The notes below the pieces were generated by a model that was given only the letters and a program-made list of their open reading frames with translations, did not search any database and had not been told where the DNA came from. Of a DNA stretch of 64,000 nt, positions 18,333-28,247 are shown piece after piece (position 1 is the stretch's first letter; each line of letters opens with the position of its first letter). Source of the stretch: an uncultured virus (IMG/VR IMGVR_UViG_3300048930_001385). Taxonomy: Duplodnaviria; Heunggongvirae; Uroviricota; Caudoviricetes. Position numbers and translations under genes: made by a program. Location: IMG/VR virus record IMGVR_UViG_3300048930_001385. The stretch is one strand, 5' to 3'.

Positions 18333-18815
18333 CTAGTCCTTTTTGCTCATACGAATTGCGAGCAGAAACTGACGAGCCGCCTTCTGTCCTCGCGCGTCTG
18401 AAGTCGGGTCAGCCTCGCCATGATCTACAGTGGTCAGAAAGTCCTGCCAGACCTGCTCGGGCTTTTCGTCCTCGCCAAGCAAGCTCAGAGCCTCCGCATA
18501 CTCGGTTGGGAACGAAAAGTAGATTGTGGCATAGGTGCTGTCGAAATCATCGTCCTCGTCGTAAAGATAATGCGGGTGCTGTGGCAATACCTCTTCGATG
18601 ATGCAGCCGGGGCAAGAGCATCCAGGATCGTCACCGTCCCCATGCGTTTCCCAGCACTCACGGTTGCCACCACCGTTACGTGTGTAGATAGCAATCTTGC
18701 CATCGGCGATGTAGGCATCACGGAACCGGCCAACATCTCCTGCGCTCAGCCCGAGCATAGATAGTAGTAGCGGTGACAACGGGTTCTGGCCAAAGACCAT
18801 GTTATACATACTCAT
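18333..18815 (-). CDS. conserved phage hypothetical protein
   Basis: GRFRDAY...YTRNGGGNR...HPHYLYDEDDDFDSTYA; AGGAG RBS. Confidence 0.75.
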   Translation of the reverse strand: MSMYNMVFGQNPLSPLLLSMLGLSAGDVGRFRDAYIADGKIAIYTRNGGGNRECWETHGDGDDPGCSCPGCIIEEVLPQHPHYLYDEDDDFDSTYATIYFSFPTEYAEALSLLGEDEKPEQVWQDFLTTVDHGEADPTSDARGQKAARQFLLAIRMSKKD

Positions 18816-18895
18816 GTCTACAACTCCTATTAAGCAATCTCTTAGTTTAATCTGTATCGGCAATAATAGATACTACCGAGAGGCCATCATCTGGC

Positions 18896-19177
18896 CTACA
18901 GTGGATCTCCGAAAGTGCTGAAGCGGACGGGGTGTTCGGCGGTGGCGCTCCAGCCAGTGATGATACCCCTGAAAACATTCATCCAGCCATCATCTTCGCC
19001 ACCATATCCGAGCTTGACTGAGTAAGTTTCCTCGTCCAATGGATACCCTGGCCTGCTCAGCGGCGGAGCCTCATCACCCTTACGGTAGGTCTCAAGAATA
19101 CGGGTTCCCCAGCACTCATTCCAAACCTTAGTCTGCCCCCGATGTCCGTCAAGGTCGTACTCTACGAATAGTCCCAT
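18896..19177 (-). CDS. hypothetical protein
   Basis: 93 aa; TAATG coupling. Confidence 0.6.
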   Translation of the reverse strand: MGLFVEYDLDGHRGQTKVWNECWGTRILETYRKGDEAPPLSRPGYPLDEETYSVKLGYGGEDDGWMNVFRGIITGWSATAEHPVRFSTFGDPL

Positions 19178-19449
19178 TAATGATCGCCTCCGATGAAAGC
19201 CTCGAGCTCGTCCATCTCGCTGTCAATGTTCTCCTGAGCCTCCTTGCTAATGATCCATCCTCCGTCGCTCCGCATCACCTGACGGGACCCAGCAAGCCGC
19301 TCAAGGCTCTGTACGATCTCACTTTCGCTCATCTCCGGACCGCCGTTGAGCTCGGCATCATAGGCAATCGAGCGCATGATACGTGCTGTATCGGCCTGAC
19401 CGCCGCAGACGTATAGGGAAAAGAGAACAATATCGTCAATGTCATGCAT
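19177..19449 (-). CDS. hypothetical winged-helix-like protein
   Basis: 90 aa; SEIVQSLERL...V....GGW. Confidence 0.55.
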   Translation of the reverse strand: MHDIDDIVLFSLYVCGGQADTARIMRSIAYDAELNGGPEMSESEIVQSLERLAGSRQVMRSDGGWIISKEAQENIDSEMDELEAFIGGDH

Positions 19450-19465
19450 GATTAGGTATCGCCTT

Positions 19466-19804
19466 CTACTGGTTTGACTTTAGAAAGATACTTTCGCTAG
19501 CTCGGTAGAGCTGACGAGACAAGATACGGTTCTCCTTAGCACAACGGCGGGTGTAAGCGGTTCGAGAACGGTGTGGTCGGAACGAGTTGCGGATATCCTC
19601 TGCAGACATCATCTTGCCGCCGGGGAAGGCAGCATTGACATGAGCATGAGCCGCCGCGATAGCCGCTTCGAGATTATGTCCTGCATATAACTCGCGCTCA
19701 CCGCGTGGAGTATCAGCATGAACAAGGATCCGCGCCAACCGACTCTTTTCAAAGCACAGCGTGGTGAAATATTGACGACTGGGATCGCGATGGATGATTA
19801 GCAC
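19466..19804 (-). CDS. hypothetical protein
   Basis: 112-aa ORF, GTG start with GAGG. Confidence 0.55.
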   Translation of the reverse strand: MLIIHRDPSRQYFTTLCFEKSRLARILVHADTPRGERELYAGHNLEAAIAAAHAHVNAAFPGGKMMSAEDIRNSFRPHRSRTAYTRRCAKENRILSRQLYRASESIFLKSNQ

Positions 19805-19897
19805 AGTATAAACCTCTCGTTATTACTAGTACAATCGGCTCTTGGAGTGATATCGGCTACTAGCGGGTTAAACAGTAGGCCAAAACCTGGCCCTAGC

Positions 19898-20116
19898 CTA
19901 ATCCAGGCCTTCTTCGCTTGCTTTCTGATCACGTTGACGCCGCTTCTTCCTTGTTACCTGCTTCGCCATCGGACGCAGCGCAGGGTCAGCATCGAGGCCG
20001 TGATGGGCGCGATTGTAGAGCACCGCGTCACGGCTACGCAGGTCCTCTGTCTTCTGCCGCCCCATCTGCTCGTCAGGACGGGCATAGACCTGATTGTGGC
20101 TATTCTTGTTCTTCAC
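19898..20116 (-). CDS. small basic hypothetical protein
   Basis: 72 aa, K/R-rich; AGGAG RBS. Confidence 0.55.
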   Translation of the reverse strand: MKNKNSHNQVYARPDEQMGRQKTEDLRSRDAVLYNRAHHGLDADPALRPMAKQVTRKKRRQRDQKASEEGLD

Positions 20117-20191
20117 AGCTTGCTCCTAATCGTGATGGCTTAATTAAATGTCATTGACGAAGCGGATGACCGTGGTAATACTACTGACCGC

Positions 20192-20757
20192 TTAGGCCTC
20201 GACCTCGGTGCCGAGCATTTGTATTACGCGGAAAGTGTAGACCTGCTCAATATCTGGCTCGTCAGCTAGGTACTCACACTGAGGCTCGTGCTTGCCGATA
20301 TACTCACCCACTTATGCCAACGCCAGCCACCTCGCTCAGGCTCACCTGCTCGGGTAAACAGGTCTAGGACGATGATGAATTCGCGCTCGTCCTCAAGAAG
20401 CTGCGGCCAGCGCTCAAGGATTTGTGTATAGTCATCACAGACCCCGTAGTCAGCAGGAGTCTTATCCAGCTCGTCAAACCAATCGTAGTCATCACGAATT
20501 GATCCATCCTCGTTAAGCATCGCCTTCTGGCGCTGACGGCGGAATACAAATTCGCTCGTTGCTAGACCCGCGAAGCGAAGATCACTAGTAAGCATACCCG
20601 TGTTCACGTATACGCCCTGAGCAAGTCGCTCAGGAGCACGAAGTTCTAGATCAACCCATGCTGGATCGTCGGCACGGACAGTTGCATTCATCTCGTCGTA
20701 ACGCTTACGAGCAGGACACTCTGGACCGGCGAAGCTCTCTGGAATGTCTACTAGCAT
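20192..20757 (-). pseudogene. Phage hypothetical protein with an apparent 1-nt frameshift at ~20308
   Basis: Frame ends WRWHKW-VSIS; the alternative frame continues GEYIGKHEPQCEYLADEPDIEQVYTF...* at 20192. Confidence 0.6.
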
Positions 20758-20834
20758 GGGTTCTGCTCTCCTACTTGGGATCTGTCTAGTTGGGTATCGG
20801 CGCACCATCATGCACCTGGAGGCCAATCTGTGGC

Positions 20835-21275
20835 CTATGCGCAGCGGAGGCTCGGCCCCTTGATTCCGCGCTGCTTTGCCCAGCGAGCCTCTTCACGAGC
20901 TTGATGACGACGGTGCAAGCTATAAGCGTCACTATACTCCTGCTCAACCCACTTCTCACGAAGCCATTCGATGACCGCCTCACCCGAGAGACCAAGAATC
21001 TCTTCCCGCCACTCGTTAGCGACAATAACGACCTGCAAATTAGGATAGGCGGCCCGACACCAGCGCACCTTCACCCTTTTATGAGCAGGATTACCAACCT
21101 CGATATAAAGCTCGTGTTCAGGAAGGTAAAAGTCCGGATTGAAGCCCGAGAGCTTGCCATTGGGATGATGGATCCGAAAGGTACGCGGCTCATAGTGAAA
21201 CCTCTCCCCCGCCCGCACAAGGGCAGCGGCCATCGCCTCTTCAGTCGGCGTCACGCATGTTCGGCTTGCTCCCAT
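20835..21275 (-). CDS. PD-(D/E)XK-like nuclease
   Basis: E...FHYEP...FNPDFYLP...YIEV. Confidence 0.65.
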   Translation of the reverse strand: MGASRTCVTPTEEAMAAALVRAGERFHYEPRTFRIHHPNGKLSGFNPDFYLPEHELYIEVGNPAHKRVKVRWCRAAYPNLQVVIVANEWREEILGLSGEAVIEWLREKWVEQEYSDAYSLHRRHQAREEARWAKQRGIKGPSLRCA

Positions 21276-21325
21276 ATAGTTCTCATCGGCTAGTGGATGG
21301 TAGAATCTGAGGCCAGGTGTGTGGC

Positions 21326-21676
21326 CTAGTCGTAACTCACTGTCAGCGTGACAGGCGAACCTGCGGCAACCAGTTCTTCATTCAAAAGTTTGATCCCACT
21401 CGGCAGTTTGAGAAACACAATTTTCTGAATGAGATGATCAAGCGCTGACCGCATCGCTTCCTGACGTAACATCGCAAGTTCATTGGGCCCCAGTAAAGAG
21501 CCAAGGGGTTCGCCCTGAACCCTCTTAACTTTTTCCTCTGCCATGCCTACATAGCCCTGAATGACACTCTTAAGGGCTGGCCGTAGAGACTCCAAGGTCT
21601 GTTCGTCAAGAGCCGCGTCAAGCCGAGCTGCGAACAACTTGGCCTCGCCAACCCCGGTGTCATCATTAATCGTCAT
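21326..21676 (-). CDS. hypothetical protein
   Basis: Leaderless start 8 nt after CCGATA; stop overlaps the next GGCC box. Confidence 0.7.
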   Translation of the reverse strand: MTINDDTGVGEAKLFAARLDAALDEQTLESLRPALKSVIQGYVGMAEEKVKRVQGEPLGSLLGPNELAMLRQEAMRSALDHLIQKIVFLKLPSGIKLLNEELVAAGSPVTLTVSYD

Positions 21677-22142
21677 AGACTATGTATCGGTGTGGACGGG
21701 TTAACTCTTAAGGACAAGATCGTGGCCTGGAGTCTTAGTATTCTCAACTAGATAGACGCGCAGGAGCAGCGGGTAGATAATGCTTCGAAATGAGAAAGGC
21801 GCCCCTGCGGACGCCCCTCTCTAATCCAAAAATAGTCATTCAATAAAATATTATAGTCAAGGCGGTGAGCGATTACTCAAACGATTCTCCTTAGGGTTTA
21901 CACTTACTACTCTGTCTATCGGACGGTGTCAGGTTTTCTGTAGGCCAGTTATGTGGCCTAATCTCCTCAAAAAAATGCAGCTTAGAATCTATGTATAGCT
22001 ACCTAAGATATTATAGCTAAATAATTAAAAAGAACTATAGCTATAAGCTCTTTCTTTTGTGGGTAAAAATTCTTTACTAGGCTAACCCCTCCGTAGAAGC
22101 AAAAAATCTCTCTGGTAAAGACGCCGGTTTGCGCTTTGAAGC

Positions 22143-22367
22143 TTACTGCTGTGTGAGAGAGATTTCCACCAGGATAGTGTCACTACCATGGATCCCATCA
22201 ACCTGTGACTTGGCAATAGTCATACTACGATCTTTGACAATATATCGTTGTGTAGAAGCGTTACGAGGCCTCAAAAAGACCGTCTCTCCAATATTGGGAG
22301 CGAAACTACACTCCACGGTTGAAAGATGAGTTGAATCCTCATCGTCTAGATAGTAAGATACTAGCAT
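22143..22367 (-). CDS. hypothetical protein
   Basis: 74 aa, directly follows 22369..22569. Confidence 0.55.
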   Translation of the reverse strand: MLVSYYLDDEDSTHLSTVECSFAPNIGETVFLRPRNASTQRYIVKDRSMTIAKSQVDGIHGSDTILVEISLTQQ

Positions 22368-22368
22368 G

Positions 22369-22569
22369 TTAGACACTATCCTCGTAGACACAGACAACGG
22401 CGTGTGCAGGTATGAGAAGACGATTGCTCTGGAAGGCAACAAAATGGTCACGCTGCATTGACTCTAGGGTGTGACGTGCGTCGCAGGGCGGGTACTCACC
22501 GTTTGCGGTAATGATCTGGTCAATCAGCCGGGTTCCGCCGTCAGAGCACTTACAATAAACTTTCATCAT
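22369..22569 (-). CDS. hypothetical protein
   Basis: 66 aa after the promoter at ~22590. Confidence 0.5.
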   Translation of the reverse strand: MMKVYCKCSDGGTRLIDQIITANGEYPPCDARHTLESMQRDHFVAFQSNRLLIPAHAVVCVYEDSV

Positions 22570-22622
22570 CTTTCCCTTCTTCAGTTCTTTATCGGCAATG
22601 CAAAAGATAGCTGTAGGCCAAA

Positions 22623-23327
22623 TTACTTGCCGTGCGCGGCCAGCTCACTGATTTTGAGAATTGGCACCTGTGCACAGACAACGTCCTGCACATGCTCGGG
22701 CAGGCTTTCCCCTCGCTCGCACGGAGACCAGAGGCTTTCTGTCCATCCGTCCACGGGGATCATCCTGCTCTCACGAATCTCGGCCATAAGCTGTCGCAGT
22801 CCATCACGCACGTTCCAACTAGCGACCTTCACATCAGCTAAGTCATGGCGCCGGACATTGACGGTGCCACTAGCTCGCCCGGGGCAAAGCTCCCACACCG
22901 GAGTATCATCCGGCGAAACAAACTGTCCCGTAATCGTTAGAGAGTTGAGCTTTTCTCGCCGAGGAGCGTCTTCGGCGATATACTGCATGTAGGAATCAAT
23001 CTCGCCGAGGATATGCAGCGTGGGGTGCCATAGTGTCCACGCACGAGCATCATTGGAATGCCTGCTGTGCTTGACACGCTCGTTGAAGATCTCGAACCCC
23101 TCCTCGGCGAGGATGCGCAGGCAATTCTGAATGTCCAGGTCGTAGTAAATATCATCATGCTCGGAACAGAGCGCCTGAATCATATCCCGCTGCTCGTGCA
23201 AAAGGGCAAGGCCAATCCCGGTTGTTGCCGGATCATCCTTGTAGGAGCGACCCGTAAGAATTTCTGCAGCTCCCAGTGGATCGATATCCTGAAGCTCATT
23301 GATTCGCTCGCGAGTTTGCTTGTCCAT
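22623..23327 (-). CDS. hypothetical protein
   Basis: 234 aa; DPLGAAEILTGRSYK; GAGG RBS. Confidence 0.75.
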   Translation of the reverse strand: MDKQTRERINELQDIDPLGAAEILTGRSYKDDPATTGIGLALLHEQRDMIQALCSEHDDIYYDLDIQNCLRILAEEGFEIFNERVKHSRHSNDARAWTLWHPTLHILGEIDSYMQYIAEDAPRREKLNSLTITGQFVSPDDTPVWELCPGRASGTVNVRRHDLADVKVASWNVRDGLRQLMAEIRESRMIPVDGWTESLWSPCERGESLPEHVQDVVCAQVPILKISELAAHGK

Positions 23328-23366
23328 AATTATACCTCGGGGTAGGTTCTGCCCTATTTCTATCGG

Positions 23367-23795
23367 CTAAAGGCTGAGCAAGCTAGAGGCCAGATAATGG
23401 CCCAATGCTTTGCGAGCGCTCTCGGTTAGCGGATAAGCAATAGCACGCTCCGGATTTTGCCAAGTCCAGTCACTATGCTCGCGAGCATTGAGGGTGACCT
23501 TTGCTTGCCCCTGAATGAACGACCGATAAAATGCAGCGCGGAGAATACGGCCACTGTGGAGGCCTTGATAGTCGCAGAATGGTTCGGGGTCAAGACTAAC
23601 AACAAGGCCAGTCTCCTCATGCAATTCTCGTCGTGCAGCCGTTCGGGGATCCTCACCGGCATCGATTTTGCCACCAGGTAGCTCCCAGTCTCCCGCCAGC
23701 GCTGATCCTTGACTGCGCTGAACCAAGAGAACCTGCCCGTGCTCATTCACGACTAGCGTGCGAGCGCAGAGAATCGGATTTTGCGTGAGGTTCAT
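23367..23795 (-). CDS. NUDIX hydrolase (MutT-like)
   Basis: Nudix box GGKIDAGEDPRTAARRELHEETGL. Confidence 0.92.
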   Translation of the reverse strand: MNLTQNPILCARTLVVNEHGQVLLVQRSQGSALAGDWELPGGKIDAGEDPRTAARRELHEETGLVVSLDPEPFCDYQGLHSGRILRAAFYRSFIQGQAKVTLNAREHSDWTWQNPERAIAYPLTESARKALGHYLASSLLSL

Positions 23796-23854
23796 AATCT
23801 ATGTATCGTCATGGGATATCTAAATAGGAGGACAGGATTGTGGCCTGCGAAGTT

Positions 23855-24466
23855 CTAATCTAGAGTGTTCGCCCAGTGGATCAGCTCATCAACTTGCTCA
23901 TCGGTTAGACCGACTCGGGCATCGGGGATGATAAATTTATGAGCACGAGCGAACGCAAGCTCATCGGCAGGATCGTCTTGAACGGTGAACTTACTGAGGA
24001 GGCCGTTGGTTTCGCTTTCCCAGATGCCTGAAGCTTGAAGCCAGTGCGGAGGAATGTGATCATCATCAACCCATGCGAACGGTGTGCCCCCGCGCTCCGT
24101 GATGTAGGCCTCGATTCCCGGGTGCTTGAAGCTCGCGCTGAGTCGATGCTGCACAGGAATGATATCAGCGTGCTGTGGCCATTCAGGGATGAGTGGCAAG
24201 AACTTCGCTACTCGCTCCTCCCACATTGTCGCCCACACCAGTTCGTAGTGTTGGAGTAGGCGGCTGACTCGCTGGATCATAGACTCGGTGACGAGCACCT
24301 GCATTTCCCAGACAGTCCCCCGGATATTACCACTCATGTGAAAGTTGAGTGTTCGGTAAGGCTCGTGTGGAATATAGTCAAGCCGGGGGTCGTCAATGTG
24401 CACAGAGCCGTTGGGGAAGATAACCCCATCGACGTCAAGCATTAAGTATGGCTTTTCGTGCAGCAT
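23855..24466 (-). CDS. HAD-family phosphatase (Swiss-Army-knife RNA-repair type)
   Basis: LDVDGV, LVWATMW, K, FAWVDD, GLT motifs. Confidence 0.8.
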   Translation of the reverse strand: MLHEKPYLMLDVDGVIFPNGSVHIDDPRLDYIPHEPYRTLNFHMSGNIRGTVWEMQVLVTESMIQRVSRLLQHYELVWATMWEERVAKFLPLIPEWPQHADIIPVQHRLSASFKHPGIEAYITERGGTPFAWVDDDHIPPHWLQASGIWESETNGLLSKFTVQDDPADELAFARAHKFIIPDARVGLTDEQVDELIHWANTLD

Positions 24467-24570
24467 AGTATCTTTATCGGTTTCAGGAGCGATGCCTTGA
24501 GGACAGCGTAATGGCCTTGCAACTGCTCGGTATGGCTGACCCGGCTTTTAGCGATGGTGTAGTAGCAACA

Positions 24571-24828
24571 CTAGCTGATTGTCAGCAGGCGCACATTACC
24601 CTTGGAAGAGCTCTTTCCCGTTCGGAATGCATTAATCTCTCCACACCAGTTGCAACCTGAAAATGCAATCCGGGTGGAGCGATCAATGCGTGGCGTGTGC
24701 TTGCGATTGTACTTGCCGCAATCACCACACACGTATTCGATGTTCGCCTTGAACATTCCTCCAGCGCTCCACGCACTGGCGATAGTCAAGTCAACCTTGG
24801 TGCCCTGAATGTCTACTGTCACCTGCAT
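24571..24828 (-). CDS. zinc-ribbon protein
   Basis: CGDC...CNWC; AGGAG RBS. Confidence 0.6.
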   Translation of the reverse strand: MQVTVDIQGTKVDLTIASAWSAGGMFKANIEYVCGDCGKYNRKHTPRIDRSTRIAFSGCNWCGEINAFRTGKSSSKGNVRLLTIS

Positions 24829-24872
24829 GTCTGCTCCTTTAATGCGGTAATAAGTCTATCGGCAAGCCATAG

Positions 24873-25106
24873 TTACAACGCGAGGCCAGCCTTATAGCCT
24901 CGCACCGGCTCTTGTGTGGTTGGATCAATCTCAATGAAAATCTTACCGAAAGTGTGGCGGCGACCGTCACCGGCAAGGTCGGAGCCCTTATGGTCGACTC
25001 GGACAACATACCCTTCTGCACGCAGCTCCTTGGCCTTTGTGCGACAGAAATCCATGGTGTAGTCGCTTGTACACCACGCTAGCCACTTTCGCTTCTTACC
25101 ACTCAT
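24873..25106 (-). CDS. hypothetical protein
   Basis: 77 aa; GAGG RBS. Confidence 0.55.
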   Translation of the reverse strand: MSGKKRKWLAWCTSDYTMDFCRTKAKELRAEGYVVRVDHKGSDLAGDGRRHTFGKIFIEIDPTTQEPVRGYKAGLAL

Positions 25107-25180
25107 GTCTTGCCTCTCGTTTGCCTACGGTATGATTATCGGCATACCCGACAGTCTTGTCGAGGACAAAAGGATGGCCG

Positions 25181-25969
25181 TTACTGCTCGCAGACTACCC
25201 CGTCTCCGTCGCCATCGCGGTACCACTCATATTCAGGGTCCACGCCCTGGGTGTAAGGGCCGTAGCCAGCCGCATTAGCCTCTGCACAGGTATCAAAACG
25301 AGGATCGTCACCCGTGGTTGCGGGTGGCTCGGCGCTGACTACCCCGACTGGTGGCCTCTGGGGTCGGGTTAGGTTGACGCGCGGACAAGCTCGGAGGCGA
25401 GTGCGGATGTTATTGCGCTCGGCCTCGTTCATGGTTAGCCGCCAGCGCCACTTAACAAGGATCCATTGATTAAGATACTGACAACGATACACCGCCCTCG
25501 GCACCATCCACTGGCTAGGGTCCTTGTCACCCTTAGAGCGATTAACCGATGCCGTGACAGCAATCAGTGAAGGGCCGTAGAGGTCGTTTGCGAAACGCTC
25601 GCGGGTGTTCGAGTCCCACTGCCGGGCGCCGCTACGCCAAGCTTCGGCGAGTGCGACAACATGATCAATGTCCATGCCCCGTGAACGAGTGTGGTAGCGA
25701 CCATCGTAAGGAGAATACCATCGTCCAGTTATTGTGTTGTTGCACGCAGGCTTAGGGCGACGGAGACTCTCTGCCTGTAAGACCTCTCGGCGAGTATCGC
25801 ACCCGTCGCGGTCTGCATCGACCCAATGCCTGAAGAGGGCGCGGTCGTAACCCTGCATAGGTTGATCGACAGATACAGGGATCTCACTGAGTAGCTGAGT
25901 AGGAGTCGCTGCCGAAGCCGGAGCGCTGAACGCAAGCATTGATACAATAAATATGGAGAAGGCCTTCAT
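25181..25969 (-). CDS. Secreted HNH-family nuclease (DUF1524-like) with C-terminal Excalibur Ca-binding domain
   Basis: Signal peptide; DIDHVVALAEAW, FAND, NRSKGDKDP..W; F.TCAEA.AAG...DGDGDGVVCE. Confidence 0.88.
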   Translation of the reverse strand: MKAFSIFIVSMLAFSAPASAATPTQLLSEIPVSVDQPMQGYDRALFRHWVDADRDGCDTRREVLQAESLRRPKPACNNTITGRWYSPYDGRYHTRSRGMDIDHVVALAEAWRSGARQWDSNTRERFANDLYGPSLIAVTASVNRSKGDKDPSQWMVPRAVYRCQYLNQWILVKWRWRLTMNEAERNNIRTRLRACPRVNLTRPQRPPVGVVSAEPPATTGDDPRFDTCAEANAAGYGPYTQGVDPEYEWYRDGDGDGVVCEQ

Positions 25970-26006
25970 AGGCTTATTATCGGCAACTGCTACGGATCCC
26001 GGAGGC

Positions 26007-26786
26007 CTACTCTTGGCCGTACCAGGCATACTCGTAACACTGCATCAAGAGCGTGTTCACTTGATCACGGTCAGGAGCATCCGGCAGACTGCTCAACTCG
26101 ATAGCCGCCTTGAGCTTTTCGTCAAGCTCGCGAGCTTGTTCAGTGACCTCGGAGAGCGTGTACTTACCAGCACGTACGTCCATTAGGTAAGCACGCTGAG
26201 CTTCGGGAAGAGGCAATACCAGCTTGCCATTGGCAAGGAAATCGATACCCTGCTGGCCAAGGCGCAGAACATGATAAGCAAACTTAACGTCATAACCGTA
26301 CTTTTCAACGAGCTCGGGGCGCTTGACCTCCATGCCTACACCGGTGTTCAGGCTCTTCATTTGTCCGTTCATATAACCCAGATACCGTCGGCCAGCAAGC
26401 TTTGACGAGAACAGACCAGCATTTTCGCGGAGCATCTTGCCAACGCCGTTGGCCTCACCCACGAGAGGAGCGTAGAGCACGCCGAGAACGTCAGGATTAC
26501 CCTTAGCTGCTAGGGAGACAAACTTCTTAAGGCCATGCATCTTGACCTCAACATCGCCGTGACCCTTACGGACGTCCTTATCAGAGGTGGCTCCCTCCCA
26601 GTAATCATACTGACGAAGACCAAGAACCGCTTCTTTGGGCTCAACGAAGACGCCCATGTAGTCTTCATCGCTAGAATCTACTGTCTGACAGCCAAGAGCA
26701 CGGGAACCGGCGACGACCATCAGGACAGTATTCTGTCTGACCTCATCGGGCACGGGATTGCTGAGCATGTTAAAAACTGTCTCCAT
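26007..26786 (-). CDS. Pol-beta superfamily nucleotidyltransferase (YcgL/RlaP-like); an in-frame upstream start at 26879 adds an MSRGR extension
   Basis: GSRALG...SDEDYMGVF, KGNP, YDVKFAYHVLRL motifs. Confidence 0.85.
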   Translation of the reverse strand: METVFNMLSNPVPDEVRQNTVLMVVAGSRALGCQTVDSSDEDYMGVFVEPKEAVLGLRQYDYWEGATSDKDVRKGHGDVEVKMHGLKKFVSLAAKGNPDVLGVLYAPLVGEANGVGKMLRENAGLFSSKLAGRRYLGYMNGQMKSLNTGVGMEVKRPELVEKYGYDVKFAYHVLRLGQQGIDFLANGKLVLPLPEAQRAYLMDVRAGKYTLSEVTEQARELDEKLKAAIELSSLPDAPDRDQVNTLLMQCYEYAWYGQE

Positions 26787-26919
26787 GCCCATTCTATCGG
26801 CTGAATCAGCCTCACCCTTGAGGCCAGACCTGTGGCCCCGAAGAACATGAGGGTGATTGTCTGATCGTCCACGTGACATATTATAATTATAGCATAGACA
26901 GCAGATCGGACCTGTCTTA

Positions 26920-27108
26920 TCAGGCTTCGTCGACCCACCAGCCGCCTGGGTTCGCGTGGTTTGCGCTCAGGTGCGCAACAGCCTTTTCATATGTAGCGAA
27001 GGGTCCATAGGAGTCATACTCCTCACGGTTGTCCCAGCGCTCAATCTCATACGTCCAGGTGCCGTCCTTAGCTTTAATAAAACCGCAGTCAAGACCAGTG
27101 CTCATCAC
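26920..27108 (-). CDS. hypothetical protein
   Basis: 62 aa; GPF......L..NHANPGG. Confidence 0.6.
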   Translation of the reverse strand: MMSTGLDCGFIKAKDGTWTYEIERWDNREEYDSYGPFATYEKAVAHLSANHANPGGWWVDEA

Positions 27109-27215
27109 ACTACCTCTGGTTGATTGGTGGCCGCATGAGAACGCAGAAGAGCTCTGCGTGGCTGATAGTGAAGGGGTAGTCGATCATGGTGTCCTTTCAG
27201 TTTGGGTATAATTAG

Positions 27216-27352
27216 TAGCAAGGGTAGGAATCGAACCTACGGATGGTCTTAACCAGTTAAACGACTGCCGCATCCCTGCAGCAGCTGGGGACTCGAACCC
27301 CAGATCCTTGGGTCAGTGACCCAAGCGCATTACCAACATACGAGCCTTGCTA
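27216..27352 (-). ncRNA. Double tRNA-like RNA with swapped acceptor strands
   Basis: AGCAAGG..D..palindromic arm..T1 (TGGGG-TTCGAGT-CCCCA)..CTGCTGC-AGGGAT-GCGGCAG..D2..T2 (GTAGG-TTCGATT-CCTAC)-CCTTGCT; promoter at ~27360. Confidence 0.75.
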
Positions 27353-27538
27353 AGCCTTTCTTCGGCAGCGGGGTGGCTGCTCATGAGGCCAAGATCCTGG
27401 CCTCTACGAATAGCGGTTGATTGATTATCAGAGAGACCACGAGACATGTATTAATTACAGCGCGGTTCGTCTCAGGAGACTAATTCTACTTGAAAATAGC
27501 GGTGTCGTCTTCAAGTGGGAGAGTCTCATTGGCAAGCA

Positions 27539-28093
27539 TTAGCGAAGCATTGCCTGCACCATCGCCCCAAGCGGCCCGTGGCGCTTCACTGACTCCTCGA
27601 ACTCTACTCGGCGCTGCTCGCGGTAGTCACGGATACGATTGTAGAGGGTCTCCGCGCTATCCAGTGGCAGTCGCGTTGAGTGAGAATCGATTCGGTCGTG
27701 GCTATAGGGAGAATTGATATAACGCAGGTCTAGTCCCAGTGCCGGACGACCTCCTACGCCGTCCATGTGCCACGCGACATAGCGGCTCTCGGTCAGAGGG
27801 AGAATATCAGCAAGATAGCGGAAGCTGACCGTCGGCTCGCCGTGCTGATATTCAACGACGTCAACGAGGTTTGCATCGCAAGAGCCGCGATTTGCTCGGC
27901 GCTCGCCCCAAGAAACGTCACCCCAGCCTGCATTATGAACCTTGACTACGAGATCCCGCCCCAGCGGCTTAACACTGCGGTTACCCCGCGCGTCATAACG
28001 AGTCACGGGAGTACCGCGCTTGATCCTAACGGTGTCCCCAGCCTGAATCGTGTCCTGCTGGGTCGGCGCAAACGGCTTGAAGTTGTCCATCAT
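27539..28093 (-). CDS. hypothetical protein
   Basis: 184 aa; GGAG RBS. Confidence 0.65.
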   Translation of the reverse strand: MMDNFKPFAPTQQDTIQAGDTVRIKRGTPVTRYDARGNRSVKPLGRDLVVKVHNAGWGDVSWGERRANRGSCDANLVDVVEYQHGEPTVSFRYLADILPLTESRYVAWHMDGVGGRPALGLDLRYINSPYSHDRIDSHSTRLPLDSAETLYNRIRDYREQRRVEFEESVKRHGPLGAMVQAMLR

Positions 28094-28247
28094 GTCTCCC
28101 TGCTTCCGGTTGGTTCGTGATCAGTGTATCGTCACCAGCGATAGTGCTCTCAAGGTCAAGATAGTGGCCTCGCTATTGATGCTACCAATACCAACGGTAA
28201 AGGTTAGGAAGCCATGGAGAAACTCTCATGAGAGATATCGGTACAAG

